Shown here: one piece after another, positions 1 through 8,346 of the stretch
Layout of the letters: every line of letters begins with the position of its first letter
Position numbering within the stretch: position 1 is the first letter of the stretch
Virus record (IMG/VR): IMGVR_UViG_3300046692_000385
Length of the DNA: 64,000 nt
Reading direction: 5' to 3' (one strand)
From: a virus
Lineage: Duplodnaviria; Heunggongvirae; Uroviricota; Caudoviricetes
The notes under the pieces: generated by a model
Database searches by the model: none
What the model was told of the DNA's origin: nothing
The model's input: the letters and a program-made list of their open reading frames with translations, nothing else
Position numbers and translations under genes: made by a program

Positions 1-310
1 CCCTCGAGTTATCCTCGGACTTCCAGGTGACCTTGGGCATCTTGTTGATCCAGTCGCGGTCCATGGCGTACTTCAGAACCGAGTGGACGTTGGTCAACTT
101 GCGGTTGATCGTGCTGTCCTTCAGAACACCTTCCATGGAATCGACGAAGGCATCGATATGGACCGTCTTGACATCTTTGAGCGGAAGGTCACCGACACAG
201 GCGATGAAAGCCTCCACATTCGTGATGGCCGTGCTGCAGTAAGCCTTACCGAGCCACAGGGGCTTCTTGGCGATCTGCAGGAGTTCCTTGAGGGTCGTAG
301 GGGCTTTCAT
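1..310 (-). CDS. int: tyrosine integrase, N-terminal part only (continues beyond left edge)
   Basis: Minus-strand ATG at 310 preceded by GGGAGA; translation MKAPTTLKELLQIAKKPLWLG...KTVHIDAFVDSMEG...STINRKLTNVHSVLKYAMDRDWINKMP resembles the SAM-like core-binding domain of phage integrases; absent from ORF track because it runs off the window. Confidence 0.45.
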   Translation of the reverse strand, partial: MKAPTTLKELLQIAKKPLWLGKAYCSTAITNVEAFIACVGDLPLKDVKTVHIDAFVDSMEGVLKDSTINRKLTNVHSVLKYAMDRDWINKMPKVTWKSEDNSR

Positions 311-388
311 GCTGGTCTCCCGTTCGGTGGTGCGTTGGTATAGGTAGGATAATAATGCGTTATGTAGGTTTGTGCAAGTATTGTGACG

Positions 389-418
389 AAAAAACCCCCA
401 CCTTGTGAGGGTAGGGGT
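389..418 (-). terminator. rho-independent terminator after gene 424..1542
   Basis: On minus strand ACCCCUACCC-UCACAA-GGUGGGGG followed by UUUUUU (8 bp stem with one G.U). Confidence 0.5.
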
Positions 419-423
419 AATAC

Positions 424-1542
424 TTACTTCTTGTTAGTGGCTAGGATTGCGCGTTCCGCCCATCGCACCGCCTTGGTGAATGACTTCAGGTCGCACGGAC
501 AGTAGGGGTTGCTCGTGCTGAACGTGTTATGCCATCCGTCTGCGATTCGCCAGTCAGGCAGTGCCGCATCCTTTTCGGCGTCCGCACGCTCAGGCGTAGG
601 GGCTGCGCTTTTAAGACAAGCAAAGCATCCGTTTCCACCGCAATGAGCGCACGTGGTATCAAAAGTGCCGTCATAGTTGAGCGTTGTTCTCGGCCCCACC
701 GGCTGCGCCTCACGCGGTGCGCACTCAGGCGTAGGGGCTGCGAGAAGCTCTTCGAATTCGTCCATCAATATGCTGCGCAATGCGTGACGATTTCCGCCGT
801 CCGGCCGCTCGTGGTATGTGTCAACCGCCGCCATAACGCGCTTCGCTCGCTCGACTGCATCCTTCGTGATATAGCCGCGTCCTTTGCGCTCGGCGTGCGA
901 CGTGATCAGACGAGATTCGCCTAGAGTCAATCCACACGAAATGCACGCGATTTCTGAGTCGTCTTCCTTCTCGATATTCACCGGCTGCACCTCACGCGCG
1001 GCGGTGTAGAGCACGTTGCGATAATCGGCCTGCCAGTTGACCCAAACCGGTTCACTCACAATCTGCCAAAACCGACCTTCGCTGCTTACCAGATAGATCG
1101 GCTGCGCCTCACGCGGTGCAGGAACGGGCGCAAAGTCCTCCATAGCGTCGATCATGCCGGAGCCGCAAGGCGCACGCTCAGGCGTAGCGCACTCTCTATC
1201 AACGACAAGGCGCGGCGGCTCATTGCTGCCAAAATAACCTGTCTCAATCCACATACGCGGTGCGCACTCGGCTTGCGGGGCGGTGTAGAGCGGGACACTC
1301 CCCAATTTCTGCGGGAAGCTGTGCACCGTGAACATGCCCGCGCTTTTTCTGGACAGTGCGCTGATTGCTTCGGGCGTTGTATACGCCACCGCCTCACCCT
1401 TGCCGCCATCGGCTATGTCAAGCATGAAAGCGTCCCATTCTTCGCGGATCGCATCGGGCAGATAGCCCTTATCGTCTGCGCGCTCCATTGCCTCAACGAG
1501 TTTGCCTAGCCCCTTCACGCGAACTGTTTCCCAATCGTTCAT
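424..1542 (-). CDS. Cys-rich hypothetical protein with 4 internal APTPECAPREAQP-like repeats
   Basis: 372-aa ORF; repeated peptide (TAPQAECAPRMW / APVPAPREAQP / APTPECAPREAQP / AAPTPERADAEKD) mirrored by repeated DNA block gcgcactcaggcgtaggggctgcg; CxxC and CHC clusters. Confidence 0.6.
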   Translation of the reverse strand: MNDWETVRVKGLGKLVEAMERADDKGYLPDAIREEWDAFMLDIADGGKGEAVAYTTPEAISALSRKSAGMFTVHSFPQKLGSVPLYTAPQAECAPRMWIETGYFGSNEPPRLVVDRECATPERAPCGSGMIDAMEDFAPVPAPREAQPIYLVSSEGRFWQIVSEPVWVNWQADYRNVLYTAAREVQPVNIEKEDDSEIACISCGLTLGESRLITSHAERKGRGYITKDAVERAKRVMAAVDTYHERPDGGNRHALRSILMDEFEELLAAPTPECAPREAQPVGPRTTLNYDGTFDTTCAHCGGNGCFACLKSAAPTPERADAEKDAALPDWRIADGWHNTFSTSNPYCPCDLKSFTKAVRWAERAILATNKK

Positions 1543-2030
1543 TTCTTCTCTCCTGCAATGGCGGCGTCGATCTTGGAGCTATTGACTTGGCCGCGAACAA
1601 CGAGCCACCTATACCGCTCCGCATCCCGCGCATCGCTCGAATCCTTGCCGCCGGCGGTGCGAAGGATCTCGTCAAAGTAGCCAAGCCGTAGTGCTTCTGC
1701 GAACGCACCCTCGATCGCGAGCCGCGTCGTCTTCGGCATCCCGCCACTGCTGCACACGCGCAGGTAAGCGCCCATCGCATCGGTCATGCGCGACGCAGGC
1801 TGCGAATCGGCCGCCTCGATACGCGACTTGTGGAAGGCCTCCGCGTAGTCGCGCATCTGGTCCATCGTGTAGAGGGCCGTGCCTTCGACAGACGTGTCGT
1901 TGGCGAGAACCGCCTGAATGGCTTCAGCCGCGTCACCGGCGCGCACATTACCCAACACGCACACCTGCGGCTCCCATGAAAGGCAGCAGATCATGAGGTC
2001 GGTCAGGACTTTCTTCTGTTCTTTGGTCAT
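1539..2030 (-). CDS. hypothetical protein
   Basis: 163-aa ORF, 4-nt overlap with upstream gene, same-strand operon. Confidence 0.5.
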   Translation of the reverse strand: MTKEQKKVLTDLMICCLSWEPQVCVLGNVRAGDAAEAIQAVLANDTSVEGTALYTMDQMRDYAEAFHKSRIEAADSQPASRMTDAMGAYLRVCSSGGMPKTTRLAIEGAFAEALRLGYFDEILRTAGGKDSSDARDAERYRWLVVRGQVNSSKIDAAIAGEKK

Positions 2031-2245
2031 ATCGACTCCTTCGTCGGCACGAGGCCGTAAAACGCCGAAGCCTGCTCGTCGGTCCAGCGGTCCTTATTCT
2101 CGCGGCCTTCGAGCTTCTTCTGCGCGTCGTCGCACTCGTGGTAAATCTTCAGGGCGAGCTTCTTGTTGCCGTCCGTGAGCGCTGCGTGAAGCTGGCTGCC
2201 GGGCGCGGCCCACGTGTCCTTGAATTGGATCGAGCGGCGGTTCAT
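2027..2245 (-). CDS. hypothetical small protein (72 aa, start MNRRSIQFKD)
   Basis: Internal ATG at 2245 overlaps the stop of the upstream peptide gene (ATGA); 4-nt overlap with downstream gene. Confidence 0.35.
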   Translation of the reverse strand: MNRRSIQFKDTWAAPGSQLHAALTDGNKKLALKIYHECDDAQKKLEGRENKDRWTDEQASAFYGLVPTKESI

Positions 2246-2355
2246 GCCTTTCTCCACATGAGATAGAGGCCGAAGCCCACGATGACAGTCAGGCCAACAC
2301 CAGTGGTGATGCCCCAACCGAAGGTAGCGGCGACGCCGCCCAATGTGCAGATCAT
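2242..2355 (-). CDS. small hydrophobic peptide (37 aa, MICTLGGVAATFGWGITTGVGLTVIVGFGLYLMWRKA)
   Basis: ATG at 2355 overlaps stop of 2357..2689 gene; single predicted TM helix; below ORF-track size cutoff. Confidence 0.25.
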   Translation of the reverse strand: MICTLGGVAATFGWGITTGVGLTVIVGFGLYLMWRKA

Positions 2356-2356
2356 T

Positions 2357-2689
2357 TCAGTCCTCAAATCGTTGCCATGAGGTAATCGCCACCGCCTTGT
2401 AGCCGTGCTTGTCGATCACCAAGTTCTTGATGTGTTCCAGATCGGCCGTGTCGCGGATCGGCTTCTCCAGCGTGAGCTCCAACCATCCGCTGCCAAACGA
2501 GTTGTCGTAGCCCGAGTGGTTGTAGGCGATGAAGTAGCGGTGCTTCTCGGGCTCCGGCTCATTGCTGAAAAGCTCAAACAGGCGGCGCGCGTTCTCCTTG
2601 CACTCGTCGTCGAGCTTGTTGTGGTGCGCAAAGGCGATCTCGATGCCGAGATCCTCCAGATGGCGCGCCTTCAGGTGGATCGTTTTCAT
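2357..2689 (-). CDS. hypothetical protein
   Basis: 110-aa ORF translationally coupled to exonuclease gene. Confidence 0.5.
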   Translation of the reverse strand: MKTIHLKARHLEDLGIEIAFAHHNKLDDECKENARRLFELFSNEPEPEKHRYFIAYNHSGYDNSFGSGWLELTLEKPIRDTADLEHIKNLVIDKHGYKAVAITSWQRFED

Positions 2690-3261
2690 GCCGCCACCTT
2701 CAGCTTTTCGATGAAGTCAGCCGGCAACGTCCACGTGCCGCCGCGCTTCACGCATTCGAAAAACGCATTCATCATGCGTTCCACGTCATACTCAGCAGCA
2801 TGGGCAGCGCTCGCATCAAATGGCACGTTCAGCGCGAAGCACAGTTCTTCCAGGCGCGGTAATTTCCCGTCCGCACACGCCCACCGCGACTCGCTGCACG
2901 TGTCAAAGCCATCGACGTCGGGCAACGTCATGCCGCACGCCTTGAACTCCTCGTAGAGAAAGCCCAGGTCGAAGGCGATGTTGTGCGCGATCACGAGGTC
3001 GCTCTTGGCGAAGCGCTCGCGCACCTCCTCAGCAATGTCGGCGAACTTCGGCATGCCCGTGAGATCGCTGTAGGCGATGCCGTGAACCTCCTGGGCCTTC
3101 GCCGAGATGGGCCGCTCCGGGTCGCAGCGCTGGACGTATTTGTCGACCAGCTTGCGCGTGTGGAAGTCGTAGGTCAGGAGAGCGACTTCGATGATCTTGT
3201 CGCCCTTCTCCGCCTCGAGCCCGGTGGTTTCTGTGTCGAAACCGGTCACGAGGATCGTCAT
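2686..3261 (-). CDS. DnaQ-like 3'-5' exonuclease (DEDDh, Pol III epsilon-like)
   Basis: From internal ATG at 3261 (ATGA overlap with upstream stop): MTILVTGFDTETTGL...HNIAFDLGFL...AAEYDV exo I/II/III motifs; long ORF N-terminus is Arg-rich out-of-context extension. Confidence 0.75.
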   Translation of the reverse strand: MTILVTGFDTETTGLEAEKGDKIIEVALLTYDFHTRKLVDKYVQRCDPERPISAKAQEVHGIAYSDLTGMPKFADIAEEVRERFAKSDLVIAHNIAFDLGFLYEEFKACGMTLPDVDGFDTCSESRWACADGKLPRLEELCFALNVPFDASAAHAAEYDVERMMNAFFECVKRGGTWTLPADFIEKLKVAA

Positions 3262-3641
3262 GCCGTCACCGCGCCCTTCAACTCGGCCTGCAGATCCAGC
3301 ACGCTTTGCTTGACCGTGCCACCGTCGTGCTCGATCTTGCGTCCGAGATTGAGCAGGTAGTGGGCTTCCGGCAGCTCGTTCCTGTTCACCAAGTCCTGCA
3401 CCCACACTTCGGGCGGCAGCAGCGGCGTGATCGCGCCCACTTCCAGGTTGAACTGCTCTTGCCACTCCGGGTGCATCTCCTTCTTCTCGATGCGCCCCAA
3501 GTCCATCAGCACCTCGCCGCGCATGACGCGTCGCACGATGAAGCCATCGGTCTTGTAGACCGCCTTCACGAGCTTGTGCAAGTCATCGACTTGGATCATC
3601 AGGGCGCGCACTTCTTTGGTTTCGATCAGCAACGTTGCCAT
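3258..3641 (-). CDS. hypothetical protein
   Basis: 127-aa ORF with GAGGAGAAA RBS; first gene downstream of motif copy at 3686. Confidence 0.5.
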   Translation of the reverse strand: MATLLIETKEVRALMIQVDDLHKLVKAVYKTDGFIVRRVMRGEVLMDLGRIEKKEMHPEWQEQFNLEVGAITPLLPPEVWVQDLVNRNELPEAHYLLNLGRKIEHDGGTVKQSVLDLQAELKGAVTA

Positions 3642-3685
3642 CGTGTTTTCTCCTCGAACGGGTTAAACGCTTAGTCTTGCGTCAA

Positions 3686-3701
3686 TAGTCAGTAATGACT
3701 A
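3686..3701. promoter_or_regulatory. palindromic motif TAGTCAGTAATGACTA
   Basis: Intergenic; ~50 nt upstream of ATG 3641; flanked by GTTAAACGC direct repeats. Confidence 0.5.
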
Positions 3702-3741
3702 ATGACGCAATGTTAAACGCTCAAGCTTGGGCTTGCAATGC

Positions 3742-4569
3742 TCACTTCGCTTGGATCAGCGTATTGCCGGTCTGCCCGATAATCATCGTGCAGTGCTGAT
3801 TCCCGGCGCAGGCTTGCAGCGCTTGGTTGTATTCGTGCTGCAGGAAGGCTGGCGTGAGGGTTTTCTGGAGCTCGTCATTGGCATGCGCCTGACCTTCGGC
3901 CTTGATGCGGCTGATGTTGGCGTCGCGCAACGCAACGGTCGCTTCCTTGTCCTTTTGCGCGATCTGTTGGTCAGCAAGGACTGTTGCTCGAATGGACGCA
4001 TCGATCGAGGGGTCGGTCATGATCTTGCGCACCACGACGCGCGTCACCACGAATGTGCCCTTTACGGCCGGATCGGCATCGAGGAGCTTTTGCGTCTGGT
4101 CCTTGATCGCCAATTCGAGCTCCGTGCGGTTCTGGTTCAGCGTCAGGCTGTCGAAGTCCTTCACGGAGTCGTAGATGGCACCCCGACTCAGGTTCGACAC
4201 CAGGTTGTAGCCGGGTCGAGCGAAGCCCTCGTGCTCGAATCTGGCGGACTGACCGGCATGTGAGGAGACGAACTTGGCGATCGTGCCCGGGACGCCGCGG
4301 TAGTAGACCGTGACTTCCAGATCCTTGACTGTGAGCTTGTCTTTGGCGCGCGGGGTGAGGTCGTTCAGGTCGATCGACGTCTCCTTGACCGTGTATTCGT
4401 CCACGTGCGAGAAGACAGCCAGATAGACGCCCTGGCCCTCTTCCTGTTGGGAGACGTCGCCCATCGTGGTGCGCACGCCGACCGAGCCAGTTTCAATGAT
4501 GCCGCCACAGCCCGAGAGGCCAAAGCACAGTGCGAGCGCAGCCAGTGCGCCGGAAATGATGCGTTTCAT
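3742..4569 (-). CDS. putative lipoprotein
   Basis: Signal peptide plus lipobox LSGC (MKRIISGALAALALCFGLSGCGG). Confidence 0.55.
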   Translation of the reverse strand: MKRIISGALAALALCFGLSGCGGIIETGSVGVRTTMGDVSQQEEGQGVYLAVFSHVDEYTVKETSIDLNDLTPRAKDKLTVKDLEVTVYYRGVPGTIAKFVSSHAGQSARFEHEGFARPGYNLVSNLSRGAIYDSVKDFDSLTLNQNRTELELAIKDQTQKLLDADPAVKGTFVVTRVVVRKIMTDPSIDASIRATVLADQQIAQKDKEATVALRDANISRIKAEGQAHANDELQKTLTPAFLQHEYNQALQACAGNQHCTMIIGQTGNTLIQAK

Positions 4570-4586
4570 GCTGGTGTTGTTCCTTG

Positions 4587-4784
4587 TTAGTGGCGTTCGA
4601 CCGCGATGATGAAAGCCAGAGTCGCCACGGTCAGGGCGATTGAGGCGAAAATCAGAATGCTTCGAAGCAGGATGCGACGCTGCCGCTGGCGGTCCGCGAA
4701 ATACGGGGTGGTCGTGGCGACCACACCGAGCACGTAAAGGCCGCAGGCGAGCAGCACCGCGACCATGAAGGCGCGGGCAAGCAT
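4587..4784 (-). CDS. small membrane protein
   Basis: 65 aa, two hydrophobic segments. Confidence 0.35.
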   Translation of the reverse strand: MLARAFMVAVLLACGLYVLGVVATTTPYFADRQRQRRILLRSILIFASIALTVATLAFIIAVERH

Positions 4785-4787
4785 GGC

Positions 4788-5147
4788 TTAGGATTCAGCG
4801 AGTTCTTCGACCTGGATGCCGGCCGCTTGCTCGGGCACCTCGCCCGAACCCGGCAGCGTCGGCTCGTCGGCGATCGTCTTGGCTGCGCGCTGCGGCAACA
4901 GGGCGCGGATCGCATCGGCGTTGTGGGTGACGAATTGAGCGAGTTCGCCGAACGTGATTTCGATCAGGTGCTCGCGCGCCGTCTCGCCGGTGTCGGTGAG
5001 TGCGCCATAGGGGCGGACCTTCTCGTCGACCAATACAACCAGCGCATCGATGCGATCCAATTCCTTCTGGTGCGCCTGCGCATCCTTCTTGTCGGTGAAG
5101 ATTTGGCCGTCGGTGGTTTCGTAGCTCGCTACGCGCTTGATTTTCAT
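4788..5147 (-). CDS. hypothetical protein (start MKIKRVASYE)
   Basis: ATG at 5147 with GAAGGAG RBS; ORF-track N-terminus comes from a GTG that reads through the upstream palindrome motif. Confidence 0.5.
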   Translation of the reverse strand: MKIKRVASYETTDGQIFTDKKDAQAHQKELDRIDALVVLVDEKVRPYGALTDTGETAREHLIEITFGELAQFVTHNADAIRALLPQRAAKTIADEPTLPGSGEVPEQAAGIQVEELAES

Positions 5148-5173
5148 GTGTTGCTCCTTCGTCTTGTGAGTGT

Positions 5174-5189
5174 TAATCAGTTTTGACTG
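5174..5189. promoter_or_regulatory. motif TAATCAGTTTTGACTG
   Basis: Intergenic, 27 nt upstream of ATG 5147. Confidence 0.5.
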
Positions 5190-5249
5190 TGCTATTTTCA
5201 CAGCAAAATCATGGGGTTACAGCGGGAGAACGTGTGCCCTCCACTCTCC

Positions 5250-5669
5250 TTAAAACGGAATCAGATCGTCCTCGTCTTTCACGAACCGACTGTTGGCCGT
5301 GTAGACCGCTTTGTATGCCCTCTTGGCCGCCCCGCACGCCCGGAAGAACCTGTCCGTGCGCGTGAAAGCTGCCGTGCGCAGGGCATACCACCGCTGGCGG
5401 AACCAACGCGTGCTGCCAAAGCGCAGCAACTCGTTGTCGATCCACTCCATCGCCTCTGTGTAGTCGTAGCGGTTGATGTGCGCGGGAAGCCTTCCTTGCC
5501 ACACGATTTCTACCGGACGCGTCTCCTTCGTGTAGTGGACGGTCAGATCACGGCCGCGAAGCGTGAAGTCCCAGGCGCCGTTGATGACCGTGCCCTCGAT
5601 GGCGCCGTCCGTCTCCTTGCACTCGCAAAGCAGGCTGACGGTGCGGTTCGAACCGATGGCGATCAGCAT
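5250..5669 (-). CDS. hypothetical protein with SSB-like C-terminal tip (..DEDDLIPF)
   Basis: 139-aa ORF; last 8 residues mimic the bacterial SSB C-terminal acidic tip DDDIPF. Confidence 0.5.
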   Translation of the reverse strand: MLIAIGSNRTVSLLCECKETDGAIEGTVINGAWDFTLRGRDLTVHYTKETRPVEIVWQGRLPAHINRYDYTEAMEWIDNELLRFGSTRWFRQRWYALRTAAFTRTDRFFRACGAAKRAYKAVYTANSRFVKDEDDLIPF

Positions 5670-5884
5670 GGGTCAACCATGTCCGCGTGCAGCATGAACA
5701 TATCGATCAGGGGTTGGTCGACGTCGATCGCCCAGATCGGCGCTCTGGGATGGCCCATGTTTTCGACGCCGGTGATGCGCATGTCTTGCGACTGGCGAAT
5801 TGCTTCGGCGCTCGTGAGGTGCAGATCGGCGTAACCGCGGTCATTAAGGCGCACGCGCTGCCCGACTGTAGGCTTGGTGTTCAT
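5663..5884 (-). CDS. hypothetical protein (start MNTKPTVGQR)
   Basis: Internal ATG at 5884 with GAGG RBS. Confidence 0.4.
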   Translation of the reverse strand: MNTKPTVGQRVRLNDRGYADLHLTSAEAIRQSQDMRITGVENMGHPRAPIWAIDVDQPLIDMFMLHADMVDPC

Positions 5885-5891
5885 GTCGGCC

Positions 5892-6368
5892 TCAATACAA
5901 GAGGTTGCTGCGATGATGACGCGCGTCCAGCAGCAGCCCGCGACCAACCTTCGGGTCGAACGGCTCGTCGTATTCCTGGAACAGTCGCAGCACGCGGCGC
6001 TTGAAAAGCTTCTTGCCGGACATGCCCTTGATCTGCTCGCCGCTCAACTCGCTGTCCTTGTAGCCACAGCCATGCCCCTCGAACAGATCGCCCTCCAGGT
6101 GATTCAACTGGAAGAATTGGCGCAGTGCGGTAAAGCCGTATTGTCGGTAGGTTGCCGATTCACACATCGGCTGACCATTCCACTCCGCCGGCTTCAGGCC
6201 GCGCTCGTTCATCGCCGGGTGCATCGCGAGCCAGCCGCCCGCACAGGCGATCGTGCCGCAGCTCGGGCCCGCGCCCTTCGTGCGCCACATGTCGAGATCG
6301 AAGGCACGCTTGGGAATGCCGTCGATGATGGCGAACGCGTCGCGCAGCAGTTCAAAATTCGGTCGCAT
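5892..6368 (-). CDS. hypothetical protein
   Basis: 158-aa ORF in operon. Confidence 0.5.
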   Translation of the reverse strand: MRPNFELLRDAFAIIDGIPKRAFDLDMWRTKGAGPSCGTIACAGGWLAMHPAMNERGLKPAEWNGQPMCESATYRQYGFTALRQFFQLNHLEGDLFEGHGCGYKDSELSGEQIKGMSGKKLFKRRVLRLFQEYDEPFDPKVGRGLLLDARHHRSNLLY

Positions 6369-7156
6369 TATGCACCCTCCTTCACTCGACGCACGGCGGC
6401 CCAGAGGACGTTCTTCACCATGTCGTAGGACACGTCCGGGTCTTTCACCTGCACGCGCGTCGTCTCACGGCTGTCGGGGTTGAAGACCAGAAAGCCGCGC
6501 GCCAGCTTCATTTTGGTGTCGCCGCTGTCGATCATGTTGCGGCCGACCTGCTTGATGATCGAGTGGCCGATCGGAGGCAGAACGTCCAGGTTGTAATGCA
6601 CCAGGTCGTAGTAGAGCTGGAACACATATTCGCGGTCTGCACCGCCCAGCACGCGCGCCACAGCAGCGAGCTTCATGGGCGCAGCCGAGAAGAACTTGTT
6701 GCAGGCGCCACACCGGGCGATCAGTTCAGCCGCCGTGTCACCGATTGCCGCATTCATGCGCTCCAGCTCCTTCGGCGTCACACGGCTGCTACCGCTCAGC
6801 ACGCGGGCTGCGAGGCGCACCACTTCCGCCTGGCGCGGTTGAATGCGAAGGATGTCGCTCGCGGTGCGGCGCGTTCCCTGGTCGAGCACGGCAAAGCTCT
6901 CTGATGGCGCATCGAAGGTCACGTTCATCGCGACCGGCATGTTTGCCGCGACGATTGCCTCGAGGCGGTGCTGGCCGTCCAGAACATTGCCGCCGGTGTC
7001 GAACGCGATCCCCTGATGCGTCTTCAGGAACTCGCCCCGAGTGATAGCATCCGCCAGATCCTTCACGTGACCGCGGCGAAGCGGGCGATTGCCGATGTTT
7101 GCCTTGAGATATTCCTTCGCCATGACGGGCGTAATTACCATTTCACGCGTGTTCAA
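6368..7156 (-). CDS. ParB/Srx-like nuclease-domain protein
   Basis: N-terminal GNRPLRRGHVKDL...IAFDTGGNVLDGQHRLEAI matches ParB N-terminal / sulfiredoxin fold (DGQHR motif). Confidence 0.6.
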   Translation of the reverse strand: MNTREMVITPVMAKEYLKANIGNRPLRRGHVKDLADAITRGEFLKTHQGIAFDTGGNVLDGQHRLEAIVAANMPVAMNVTFDAPSESFAVLDQGTRRTASDILRIQPRQAEVVRLAARVLSGSSRVTPKELERMNAAIGDTAAELIARCGACNKFFSAAPMKLAAVARVLGGADREYVFQLYYDLVHYNLDVLPPIGHSIIKQVGRNMIDSGDTKMKLARGFLVFNPDSRETTRVQVKDPDVSYDMVKNVLWAAVRRVKEGA

Positions 7157-7173
7157 GTCACTCTCCAGTGTGG

Positions 7174-7596
7174 TCAGATTTCACGAAAACTTTTGGCTTC
7201 GAGCGCCTTGCCCACGCTCGCAAACCAGTCCTGCGCCTCTTTCGCGGTGTCGAACTCTCGCACCGCCCTCTTGCCGCCAAAGCGGCCCATCCAAACCTGC
7301 TCCGCTCCCACCGTCCACGTGACTGTGGTGAGCGCCGACCCATCGGAAAACGAGCGCTTCATCTCCAGCGGCTCTGTCGGACAGAGCGCCTGCGCCTCGC
7401 TGATCAGGTCGATAAAATCCTTCTTCAAGAGCCCCGAAACCGTCATGAAAAGCACGTCGATTCCGGTGCTGAATTGGTGCGGGGTCAGGCGCCCCTGCGA
7501 CACCGCATACGTGAGCCATTCGAGCGTCTCAAACGCCTTGCGGTCGATCTCTTCCTGGAGAGTGGGTAACTCAGTTCTGACTAATTTAGCCGACAT
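7174..7596 (-). CDS. hypothetical protein (start MSAKLVRTEL)
   Basis: ATG at 7596 with GAGGGAAAA RBS; codons 4-9 contain a second motif copy. Confidence 0.45.
   Translation of the reverse strand: MSAKLVRTELPTLQEEIDRKAFETLEWLTYAVSQGRLTPHQFSTGIDVLFMTVSGLLKKDFIDLISEAQALCPTEPLEMKRSFSDGSALTTVTWTVGAEQVWMGRFGGKRAVREFDTAKEAQDWFASVGKALEAKSFREI
7569..7583. promoter_or_regulatory. motif ACTCAGTTCTGACTA (within codons 4-9 of 7174..7596)
   Basis: Second copy of pair with 7670 site. Confidence 0.4.
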
Positions 7597-7669
7597 GCTG
7601 CTTTTCCCTCTTCTCGTCTCGCGCAACGCTGCGCACAAACTGAATATTACAGATCGAAGCTAGGGAAGA

Positions 7670-7685
7670 CAATCAGTTTTGACTG
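7670..7685. promoter_or_regulatory. motif CAATCAGTTTTGACTG inside 34-bp extended palindrome CTAGGGAA...TTCCCTAG
   Basis: Followed on coding strand by TTGTCT-N17-TAATAT. Confidence 0.5.
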
Positions 7686-7710
7686 TTCCCTAGCTTTTTC
7701 CCAACAGACT

Positions 7711-8346
7711 TCAGTGCAACAACAGCCCTTCCGTGCGCTCGGCCTGGATGATTTGCATGGTGCGAGCCTGAGCCCGACCCACCGCAAACTCGATCGCCTC
7801 GACCCGTTCGTTGACCGAGAGGGTCTTGCGCGGGATGTAGAAGTGGATCGGCTTTACCCGCTCATCAGCCGTCAGCCCCAGGCAGATCGAGTTGAGTTGC
7901 TCCATGTAGGCCGCATTCGCCACCGCCTTGCCCTCCTCCGCGACGATCGGAATACCGGGCTGAACCAGCACCAGCACGCCAAACCGCCTGTTGGTCACTT
8001 CGATGCACCGTTGCACGTAGTGCGCGAACCGCTCCTGATCCTCCGGCGCGACTCGATCGCCATACGCTTCAGCCATCGTGTAGGCCAGCATGTCGATGGG
8101 GCTTCTATCGGTAACAAAATCCTCGCCGGCACACTCCGCGTAGATGGCATCGATCCGCGTCAGGATGCGCTCCTGATGGTCGAGCCGCTCCGCGAAGCTG
8201 TGCTCCTTCGACAAGTCAAAGCCAAACTCCTTGTTGATGGCGCTGACCGACGTTTCGAGGAATCTCGCGCCCGACTTCAGCGCATACGCCTTCGCGAGCG
8301 TTGTCTTGCCCGTTCTATGAGCGCCGACGAGAGAAAGCGCTGTCAT
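7711..8346 (-). CDS. P-loop kinase, probable (deoxy)nucleoside/nucleotide kinase
   Basis: Walker A GAHRTGKTTLAK and later DRSPID segment reminiscent of dNK/dNMP kinases. Confidence 0.5.
   Translation of the reverse strand: MTALSLVGAHRTGKTTLAKAYALKSGARFLETSVSAINKEFGFDLSKEHSFAERLDHQERILTRIDAIYAECAGEDFVTDRSPIDMLAYTMAEAYGDRVAPEDQERFAHYVQRCIEVTNRRFGVLVLVQPGIPIVAEEGKAVANAAYMEQLNSICLGLTADERVKPIHFYIPRKTLSVNERVEAIEFAVGRAQARTMQIIQAERTEGLLLH

Noticed and set aside
2983-3674. Plus-strand and alternative-frame ORFs overlapping the exonuclease and MazG genes (for example 2983..3360, 3306..3674, 8301..9470)
   Set aside because: They have low-complexity composition, lack RBS context, and conflict with domain-bearing minus-strand genes.
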